Position numbers and translations under genes: made by a program. Positions 53,741 through 64,000 of a stretch of 64,000 bases of DNA are shown here, one piece after another. The notes beneath the pieces are model-generated. The model saw only the letters and a program-made list of their open reading frames with translations, had not been told where the DNA came from and searched no databases. Origin of the DNA: Felis catus (Eukaryota); contig NC_058383.1 of assembly GCF_018350175.1 (NCBI RefSeq), forward strand, positions 10,914,001-10,978,000, given 5' to 3'. Positions within the stretch are counted from its first letter, which is position 1. Every line of letters begins with the position of its first letter.

Positions 53741-54069
53741 CCCAAGCAGGGTCCGCGCTCGGTGCAGATCCTGATGATACAGGACTTGATCCTGATGATA
53801 CAGGACTTGATCTCCAGACGGTGAGATGGTGACCTGAACTGAAATCAAAAGAGTTGGAGGCTTAACCGACCGAGCCACCCAGGCACCCCTTACTTATTTC
53901 TTCTATATTTCTTGAATGGAGACAATTTAATGTAAAGGTTAACTAATGATTAACTTTGTATTAGAAGGAGTAGCTAAGGAGCCCTGTAAGTAACGACTCG
54001 AGGAGCTGGCTGCCACCCTAAAGTCTTCATTTTGCCTTCTGAGGTGGGAGGCTGTGGGATGGTACTGCT

Positions 54070-55340
54070 GTCTGAGGTGACGTGTGAAAACCGGTCCTGC
54101 TAGGGTCAGAAGAATTTTCCAGGGGGTCTTGCTCTTGCTATGGGAGGTGTCAGATTGAAGGAGGGTGCCAGCAGTGAGTGACCCTGACTGGAACGAGACG
54201 CAGACGAGGAGCCGAAAGGAAGTCGCGGGTTGGTTTTCTCATCTCTGGCCTCACAGCCTCCTCCCTGGTGCGTTCCCTGGGGAGTTTTGCAAGGAGCCCC
54301 ACGGGTTTGCGGTCCAGGCTCCCGCAGAGTCGGGGAGGGTGTCTGGAACTGGGACAGCAGCTCAGTGACCGCACTGGCTGCTGCCCCTGTGGCTGCTCAT
54401 CCACACCCGCCCCTACATATTTGGGCTTCCTTGGAACAAAAGGACAACTGTTTCCGTCTCATAGCATGTAGCTGCCCTTCCTACAGACTCCTCCACTTTT
54501 GCTCTCTCCCCAGAATGAGGAGTTCCAGTGTTCTAGCAGTTCCTGTCCCCTTCTCTGGGAGACTGATTAATGTCCTCTCCTGAGCTGTCTTACTTAGGTC
54601 TCACATTCACCCTCAACCTATTTGAACATTCTTTTTTTCTAAAGGCTAAGTGGCAAAGGAACCCTAACAAAACTTCTGTAAAATAACAATGCAGAGGAGA
54701 AGAGAGAACAGTTGGTATATGCAGATACATGTGTTTGCAGAAAGAAACACTCCTAACAAGGAAGAAAATACGTATAGTGTCCACATTTCAACAACTTGTC
54801 ACAAAAATTCACACCTTCCTGATCCATGACCCATTATATTGTATTTCTTTCTTTGCCTTCGGTCAGGACCTTAGCTGGTAAGGTTCTTGACCTTTCCCTG
54901 GTTGAGGCGACCCAGACCTTCATTCCTGAAGGGTCTAAATCCCCAGTGGATCTGCCTTTTTTGTTTGCTGTGATTTCCTCTTAACCTTTGCTGATGACCA
55001 CTCGTGTGGTAAGGAGACAGCCTGCAGAGCCTGAGCGGTTTCAGACATGTTCCCTGTCGCCGTCGTGGGAAGCAAATCGGTTTCCCATCGGTAATGGCCT
55101 GTTGCGTTAGGGGTAGGTGTCCTCTAGTACGTCGGGCTAGCTCTTTTTGAGCTGTTTTCTGCAGTTGAAAAAATTACATGCAAACTTCTCAAGTCACGTA
55201 GCACCGGCTCAGTATGGAGTTGATCAGAGGGCTGTATGGTTGTGGTTGGCTTTCCTGCATGTGGAATTGGACCGTGCGTGCTCCTTCATGTCTAGCCACG
55301 AAGGCCCATGCCAGATGATCTGTCCTAATTGTAGGCAAGG
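54070..55340 (-). mobile_element. Old ERVL/MaLR LTR plus adjacent internal-region remnant
   Basis: gacccagaccttcattcctgaagggtct (~54910-54937) resembles the reverse complement of ERVL/MaLR internal 3' sequence; 54070-54380 resembles an old LTR. Family not determined. Confidence 0.55.
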
Positions 55341-55510
55341 CATTATGCGAAAGGTGTATTTTGTACCCTTGTTAATAAAGGGATTTATTAGGATAAAAAA
55401 AATCTATGTATCTTATTAAAATGGTTTAAAATTATGCCACCTTAACTGCAGAGTAGTGACTTATTATAACTGATGACTAAGTGCTTTTCAGTGGTTGGTA
55501 AAAGATCTAT

Positions 55511-55590
55511 TTCCTTCCTTCCTCCCTCCCTCCCTTCCTTCCTTCCTTCCTTCCTTCCTTCCTTCCTTCCTTCCTTCCTTCCTTCCTTCC
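55511..55590 (+). repeat. (TTCC)n/(TCCC)n microsatellite, 80 bp, tail of a minus-strand SINE
   Basis: Uninterrupted pyrimidine tract abutting the SINE at 55591-55678. Confidence 0.95.
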
Positions 55591-55966
55591 GTAAGCTCTA
55601 CACCCAGTGTGGGGCTTGAACTCAAGACCATGAGATCAGGAGTCGTATGCTCTCCTGAGTGAGCCAGCTGGGTGCCCCTGTAAAAGCATTTTTAATGTTG
55701 AGTGAAAAGAGAGTGGGACTGATGTTCTCCAATTCCAAAGATAAGAATGTCAGAGAAAAAAAGTTAGCAGCAAGTAATCCCAGAAAATTAGTCATAATTA
55801 CAACGTTGTATAGGTTGGGTTTTAGGTGATTTTTGTCCCTTAGCTACCTAGCCAACTTCTGTCCTTTCACTAGTTCCTTCACTGTTCTTTCACTTCTGTT
55901 CTGTACTATTTTAGGACAGAAGAGATTTTCCTACACCATCTAACTGCATTCCCTAAGTGTAAGTAA

Positions 55967-56182
<216 letters not shown>

Positions 56183-56699
56183 TGATTGATCAGTACAATA
56201 AAATAGATTTCAAAAATGCGGCAGTGAGATAAGTAATCTACAGCAGAAATGTAAAATAGCCATTGATATTCTTAAAAGGACAAGCAAAAGTTGGGGCACA
56301 ATTTAGAATTCAGTTCCAATTTCTAGTATTATTTGGGAGACCCAAGAGGTCTTCTGAACCTTGGGTGGCTCTGTTTGTGCAACACAAAATACCCGTATAA
56401 GCATTATCCTTATCTTAAAAATCTGTAAAAGGTAAGACGTTAGTAAGTATTAGCTGTTATTGCTCACTTTGTTCCATATCTTTTGGCTTGCTTATTTAGG
56501 GAGGAATGGAAGGCTGTAGTTTCACAGTATGCAGCATGCTTTCACACATTATTGGATTTTAGTTTAGAAGAACGTTTTTGATATTTTATAGTCAGTTTTG
56601 TGTTTATGGCTGCATAAAATACATTAAAGTATTTAAAGTATAAAACTTGATTAGTTTTGTTGTCTTTACGTTCGGATAAAACTTTTTTCACTGCACTCG

Positions 56700-59600
56700 A
56701 AATGAGATTTCTATAACCCTCACGTTTCCTTGTGTTCTATTACAATCACTGCCCTCCCCCGCCAACCACTGATCTGTTTTCTGTCATTTTAGCTTAGTTT
56801 CTGTCATTTAGAACTTTGTATAAGTGGAATCCTTATCAAGTATGTACTGTTTTGTCGGGATGGGGTGTGCCTTCTTTGATTCTACATAATTGTTTTGTAA
56901 TTTACCCCCAGTGTTGCATGTATCAGTAGCTAATTCCATTGCTTGGCTGCCCCACAGGTTTATCCCTTTGTTTGTTGATGGACATTTTGGTTGTTTCTAC
57001 TTTTGGGGGCTATTAAAAACAAAGTTGCTGTGAACTTTTGTGTGCAAATTGTTGTGTGGAAATATTCCTTCATTTCTCCTGAGTAGATTTCTAGAAATGG
57101 AATAACTGGGACACATGGGTAGGTATTTAACTTCGTAAGAAACTGCGAAACCATTTTTGCACAGTGCTTGTACTCTTTTTACATTGCCACCAGCAGCGTC
57201 CAAGTAGTTCCTAGTTGTTTACATCCTTGCCGACACCTGTCCGGTCAGTCTTCTCTTTTTAACCATTTCAGTGGTTGTCTCCTGAGACCTCATTTCAGTT
57301 GTAATTTGTATTCGCCTAATAGTTGTAGCTCATTTAACAAGATAAGCCCTCATCAGTTCTGGAGCATTGTAAAAGTTTAATGAAAAATTTATTCTGATTT
57401 GTAATCATGTGACTATCTGTAAACATACATTTAACCATTTCATCGTGAATATCATTATTTTTATTTGTCAGTTTTGGACACTTTATTGCTTTTGACATTA
57501 GTAATCACATGGCTAGAAGATTGAGATAATTCTATGGGTTTTTAATTAAACAGTTAAAATTTTGGAAAATATTTAGCCTTTATAAATGGAGTTCTTGGTA
57601 CCTTACTAATACATGTGTATTAATTTAATAAGTTTAATTTATTTAATAAAAACTATTTAATAAAATAGTCTTTTTGTATGCAGATTATGTTTAATTTTTA
57701 AAATGAAAAGTCTGCCTTTGTCTTTGGTATTGCCTGTTGAGCAACTTGTTATTCTCCGCCACGAGTGTGTTCCCTTTTGAGATTGTGAGTGTGAGTGATT
57801 TAAAGGTGATGCCTGAGAAGTAAGAGTTGGAAATCTGATGCTTTAGAGGGAAAGATTGTTTGAAATGATAGTATCTTCAGTACAGTTGAAGAAGGTAGGA
57901 GCTAGCAAGCTGAGAGATCTAGTCCACGCAATGTGGACGTTTTTCTGAGTAATTGAGTTTGTATATTCTGTGTAAAAGTATACTCTGAATAAAAGTCCTG
58001 TGTGAGATGATTTACAAATAGTTCAATTTGATGAAGTCCAGTTTATTGATCCCCACCCCCCTCCTTGTATGGATTGTCCTTAAATATCATAGGTAAGAAA
58101 TCTTTGACCCAAAGTCACCGATTTTCATCTATGCTTTATGAAAAATCGGTAGTTTTACTTTTAGGTCTTCATCAGTTTAGGTCTAATTTTTATGTGTGGT
58201 CCACTTTTTCCAGCACCATTTGTTGAAAAAACTTTTCTCCACTGCATTTCCTTTACATCTCTGTATGTTCTGTTACGTTGGTCTCTGTGTATCCTTTTGC
58301 CAAAATCACATTGTGTTGGGCACTACAGCTTATAGTAAGTTATGAATTCGGATTGTGAGTGTCCTACAAAATTGTTCTCCTTTTTAAAAATTATTTTGCC
58401 TATTATAGCTCCTTTATCTTTTCATATACATTTCAAAATCAGCTTGGTGATCAAAAAATTATAGGGATTTTAATAGTGATTATGCTGAATCTATACAGCT
58501 AATTGGGTTGAGTATCTTAATATCCAATCTTCTGATTCATGAGCATGGTTTATATTTCTTAGCTATTTAGCTTTTACTAGATTTCTTTCATCAGTGCTTT
58601 GTTTTCAGCATAGAGATCCTATTGTGCACAGTTTGTGAGATTGTATACCTAAGTATTTAATGGGTTTTGGTGTTACTGTAAATGCTACTGTTCTTTTGCA
58701 TTTCAGGTTCCAACTATGGCCAATACATCGAACTATAATTGATTTTCACATACTGACCTTGTATCTTGTGATGTCGTTAAAAATGACTTACTGGTTCTAG
58801 CAACTTTTTGGTAAAATCTTTGGGACTTTGTAGGTCGACGGTGTTATTTCTTCCATTTCCTTTCCTTGTGTAATTGCACTGTCTGGGACCCTCTAGTAGC
58901 TGAATAGGAGTAGTGAGAGGAGACATCCCTACCCTGTTCACAATTTTAGGAGGAAATCTTTCAGTATGATAGCTGTGGGTTTTTGGTAGGTGCCCTTCAT
59001 CCGTTTGAGGAAGTTCTCTTGTGTTCAGAGTTTGGGAAGAGTTTTTATGATTATTGGATGTTGAATTTGTAGAAGGTCTTATCTGTGTCCCTTGATGATT
59101 ATATAGGGTTTTCTTGTTTAGTCTGTTAAACTGGTAGTTGATATTAATTTTCACTTGTTAAAACCAGCCACGGATTACTGGGGTAATAAACCCTGCTTGG
59201 TTATAATGTATTCTTTTTTATGTATTATTGATTGTTATTAAGAGATAGTAGATGATTTCTGGTAAATGTATTTATTTGGTTTGGGTAATATTGGCCTCAA
59301 TAAAACAAATTGGGAAGTGATATATTGGAAGAGTTTTTTGGTAGAATTGGTATTGTTCTGTTCTTGTTTGGTCAAATTGCCGGTGAAGCTACCTAGACCT
59401 TTTGGTTTCCATAATGGAAAATTTTTAAACTTGGTCTTTGTTTTTTGTTTTTTTAAATAAAGTTTTTTTTTCAATGTTTATTTTTGAGAGACAGAGCATG
59501 AGTGGGGGAGGGGCAGAAAGAGAGGGAGCCACAGACTCCAAAGCAGGCTCCAGTCTCCGAGCTGTCAGCACAGAGCCCGATGTGGGGCTCGAACCCACGA

Positions 59601-62300
59601 ACCATGAGATCATGACCTGAGCCGAAGTCGGACGCTTAACTGACTGAGCCACCCAGGCGCCCAAGTTCAGTCTATTTTTTAGTTTTTAAATGTATTTTAA
59701 TAGTTATAGGATTGTTCAGGTTATGTATTTCCTCTTGATTGAGCTGTGGCAGTTTATATCTCAGGGAATTTGTCTACTTTACCTTAAGTAGTGTTTTTTA
59801 AATTTTACTATTTGCAAAGTCTATAGTGATGTCCCTCTCATTGCCAATTTTGTAATTTGTGTCTTTTTTTCTTGGTTGCTCTAACTCAAGGTTTCTCAAG
59901 ATGTCAATATTTACATTTTGAGCAAACAGTGCATTGTCGTTGGTAACTTTCTTATGCTGTCTCTATATTGTAGAATGTTTAGCAGACCTCCCTGGCCTTT
60001 TACCCACTAGATACCAGAAGCATCTCCTTAGTTGTAACAATCAAAAATGTTATAGGATATATTCACTCCCAGGGGAATGGGGACACGGTCACTACCAGTG
60101 GAGAACCATTGGTCCAGCTCTAGAGCCTTCTCAAATGTTTTCATTTTTCTCAAAGATCCAGCTTTTACCGAGGCATCTGGGTGGCTCAGTCGGTTGAGCT
60201 TCTGAATCTTGATTTCGGCTCAGGTCATGGTTCCAGGGTCATGAGATTAAGCCCATGTCGGGCTCGACACTGAGTGTGGAGCCTGTTTGAGATTCTTCTC
60301 TCTCTCTCTCCCTCTGCCACTCTCTTCTGCTTTTGTGCTTGCTCTCTAAAAAAAAAAAAAAAAGAAAAATCCATTTTTCCTCTCTGTTCTATGGTTTTTC
60401 CATAGTGTGTAGCTATGTTTTTAATTTTAATTTAAATATAGTAACAGTTAACATACAATATAGCGATTCAACACTTCATACAACACCCAGTGCTCATCAC
60501 TACAGGTGCCCTCCTTAATCCCCCTTAATCTCCACCCACCTCCACCCCTGGCAACCATCAGTGTGTAAGCATCTTTCTTGCGGGCGCCCAGGTGGCTCAC
60601 TTGGTTAAGCATCCTACTCTTGATTTGGGCTCAGGTCACGATCTCACAGTCTAGCCCTGTGATGGGCTCTGCGCTGACATTGCAGAGCCTGCTTGGGATT
60701 CTCTCTCTGCCCCTCCCCTACTCACTCGTACTCTCTCCCAAAATAAATAAATAAACATTTTTTTTTTAAAGAAGAGTCTGTTCCTTGATTTATCACTCTT
60801 TTTTCCTGTGTTCAGCTGTTTTGGTTCTTTTTTTTTTTTTTTAATGTTTTATTTATTTTTGAGACAGAGAAAGACAGAGCATGAGCAGGGGAGGGGCAGA
60901 GAGAGAGGGAAACACAGAATCCGAAGCAGGCTCCAGGCTCTGAGCTGTCAGCACAGAGCCCGCGCGGGGCTCGAACTCACGAACCGCAAGATCATGACCT
61001 GAGCCGAAGTCGGACACCCAACCGACTGAGCCACCCAGGCGTCCCTTTCTGTTTTGGTTCTTAAGGTTTTGTTTGTTAAATTTCACATATGAGTGGAAAC
61101 TTAAGGTTTGCATCTTTCTCTGTGGCTTATTTTGCTTAGCATTATACACTCCAGCTCCCACCATGTTGTTGCAAATGGCAAGAGTTCATTCCTTTTGATA
61201 GCTGGATAGTACTCCATTGTAGCTATATTCCACGTATTCTTCTTTTTTTTTTTTTTTAAACGTTTATCTATTTTTGAGAGAGAGAGAACGCAAACAGGGG
61301 AGGGGCAGAGAGAGGCAGAGGATTCGAAGCAGGCTGCACGCTGATAGCAGAGAGCCCAATGTGGAGCTCGAGCTCAGGAACCACAAGATCATGACCTGAG
61401 CTCAAGTCGGATGCTTAACCGACTGAGCCACCAGGAGCCCTCCACATATTCTTTATCCATTCAGCAGTCGATGGGCATGTGGGCTGTTTCATAATTTGGC
61501 TGCTGTAAGTAATGCAGCAGCAAACATAGTGGTGCATGTATCCCTTTGAATTAGTGTTCTTATATTTTTTGGGGAGGTAGATACCCAGTATGTAGATCAT
61601 AGTGGAAGAAGTGTGTAGGGTTTGGAAAAAAATTTTTTTAGTGTTTATTGATTTTTGAGAGAGTGTGAGCAGGGGAGGGGCAGAGAGGGAGACAGGATCC
61701 GAAGCGGGCTCTGTGCTGACAGCAGCAAGCCCGGCATGGGGCTCGAACTCACAAACTGTGAGATGATGACTGGAGCCGAAGTCGGACGCTCGGCTGATTG
61801 AGCCACCCAGGTGCCCCAGAAGTGTGTAGTTTTAACGTCCACATACTTACGGACTTTCAGAGATCTTTCTGTTACTGATTTTCAGTTCACTTCTGTTTAA
61901 ACTTTGTTAAGGTGGGCTGAGAGTCGTCTAGGTCTGTTAGCCTTCCTGCTGTTTCTGACTGCTCTTTCCGTCAGGGATACAGTTCTGAGATCTCCAGCTG
62001 CCTCCTGATCTGTTTCTCCTTTCGTGCTTTCTGAGGGGGCTTTTGTTAGGTGCCAGGGTCATCACTAGAAGCTCCTTCCTTGGGGCTCCTTTCCAGGCAA
62101 CCCCCTTCCAGTGGTAACCCTTCTTCTGACCTGTAAGAACTTGGATTAGTTTTGTCTGGTTCTGTATTTCACATAAATGGAATCCTTTTGCACATACTGT
62201 TGTTTTAGGGTTCTTACATAAAACCTAAAATTTGTGAGCCATGTTGTTGGGTATGCTTATAGATCACTTATTTGCATTGCTGCATTGTATTTCTAAAATG
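56700..62300 (-). mobile_element. Antisense L1 fragments (3'UTR and decayed ORF2) filling intron 9, with nested SINEs and MER20
   Basis: ttccagcaccatttgttgaaaa, tgaataggagtagtgagaggagacatcc and tttgaggaagttc motifs. ORF-track 58777-59154 shows decayed RT-like peptide (KDFTKKLLEP). Confidence 0.75.
59887..60111. mobile_element. MER20-like hAT DNA transposon
   Basis: caaggtttctcaa...tgtagaatgtttagcag...ctggccttttacccactagataccag...gttgtaacaatcaaaaatgt...ggagaaccattg. Confidence 0.8.
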
Positions 62301-63369
62301 CTTTCTTTTTAAATAAAATATTGAAATGTACACACATAATGTACATCTCCCAAGGTTTATAGAATCTTTACTATTTCATCATTTTCCTCCCCACCCCCCA
62401 AAACACACCAGTGTATAACATGTTAATACGTGTCCCAAATTTCCATTTTTTTTTTTAATGTTTATTTCTTTATTTCGAGAGAGTAAGCCAGTGCGCATGC
62501 AACAAGAAGGGGGAGGGGCAGAGAGAGGAGAGCGAGAATCCCAAGCAAGCTCCGTGCTGTCAGCACAGAGCCCAGCACGGGGCTTGATCTCAGGAACCGT
62601 TAGATCATGACCTGAGAGCCACCCAGGTGCCCTTCTGCTTTCTTTTCTATTCTTCTGAGTTAACCATTTTCTTGAAGTTGAAGGTTGTCCTTACGAATAA
62701 AGATTTTATGCCTTTACTGCATACCTGTTCCCACAAAAGTGTCTGTGTGAGCATGCATTTTACACATAGTATTTTCTTAGTTTTTTAAGTTTGACACAGA
62801 TGGTGTCATACTGTATATATTGGTACGTACGTGTTCTTGTGTGTCCCTCATTCAGTGTGAGTTTTTGAGATTTACTTGTCACCTAGAGATTTAATAGTAT
62901 TGTTGTGATAGTACATTGTGTAATTATGCTGTAGTTCATTCTTTCACATACGTGTTTTCTTCCATAATTTTTGGCTAGGACAAAAAAAAAAATAGGCTAG
63001 GACATATCTCTGTGTACTTACCAGTCTTTTCCCAGGATAGTGGTGTTCAGGTGTGAGCAGTAGGAATGTTTGATTTCATGCTGGGTAGTCACAACCAGCG
63101 TTTTGAGTGTGAGGGTGAAGTAGGCTGCGTATTTTACAAGGAAGAAAACCCAAATATGTGCTGTTAAAACATACAGAGCTAAAATGCAACCAACTTCATA
63201 GGTGATGTGAAGGTATAGTGATCTGTGAAGTCATACTGGGCAAATCGGAACCACCCAAAATCCAGCTTAGCAATATTGATTTGAGGCCAAAAAAGAAAAA
63301 AGTAACAGGTATACAAAGTTAGACTACATGATATGGATAGTTATAATTCACTGAGTTGATATAGTGGTC

Positions 63370-63900
63370 ATTAATTCATATATACCTTACATTATAGCTC
63401 AAAATTAAAATAAAAATAAAGAATTGACACAACTGTAATAAATTTTTAGATCTACATTCATGTGGGAGATTCCAACAAGTGGCCATTGATAACTGAGACA
63501 TCATGTGCCAACGAATACTTATTATAGATGATAAATAGAATATTTGCAGTCTACAGTTTGGAAAGATAAGCCAATTGATATGCACATATAGAATTCACCC
63601 AGCAGATAAATTTACAAAGCGTGGATCTTTTACAAAAATGGATTTGTTCACAGACAATCTTGTGATTCGCAGATCACAGATAATCTTAAATTCTCTGTAC
63701 GTAATCTAATTAGTAAAATTAGAAATCCAGAGTAAACAGGTTATTTAAAAGATAGAAATCCTATACATTGAAAATCCTACAAAAATGTACTTTGTGTTAA
63801 AGAGGACCTTACTTTTAAAATCTTGGAACAGAACAGAGCATTACTGAGAATACTACAAAACCAAACTTGTGAAAAAACAGCTAAAGCTATGCTTACAGGT
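63370..63900 (+). mobile_element. Highly decayed sense-strand L1 ORF2 (endonuclease-region) remnant
   Basis: A-rich segment with tgggagattccaac, aaaattagaaatc and aaaacagctaaagctatgcttacagg motifs. Confidence 0.45.
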
Positions 63901-64000
63901 CAGGCAGCAACCTTAGTTATGATTTAATTATTTTCTGTGTATTTTTTACCCAGGAACACTTGACTGGGAAGCAGTGAATCTGGCATTTGAATTCAAGTCT

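Noticed and set aside
63925..64000. Acceptor-like ttttttacccag|GAACAC near the window end as the next GTF2I exon
   Set aside because: The required phase-1 reading hits a TGA within a few codons and does not resemble TFII-I.

Overview
This is mammalian carnivore DNA, most likely a felid, judged from about 70-75 tRNA-derived Can-SINE/SINEC_Fc-type elements counted by eye. It holds the promoter and 5' part of GTF2I (TFII-I, Williams-Beuren region) on the + strand. There is a CpG-island promoter (~5.9-7.4 kb), a non-coding exon 1 (~6391-6754), a 25.1-kb intron 1 and coding exons 2-9. The coding exons splice through canonical GT-AG sites into an open 763-nt frame (254 codons plus 1 nt), covering the N-terminal leucine zipper, I-repeat 1, the K221/K240 SUMO motifs and Y248. 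The gene continues past the window end. The rest is intronic or intergenic sequence full of SINEs, old L1 pieces, MIR, hAT (MER) elements and LTR remnants. Almost all ORFs in the supplied track are spurious. I see no clearly new gene system. The best leads are regulatory or structural: a near-identical inverted pair of young SINEs bracketing the frame-symmetric exon 4-8 block (possible stop-less circRNA), a poly(A)-only insertion with a target-site duplication (TSD), a triple insertion hotspot, a 3-codon uORF, divergent ZNF143 motifs, an inverted octamer pair and an old ~160-bp local duplication.
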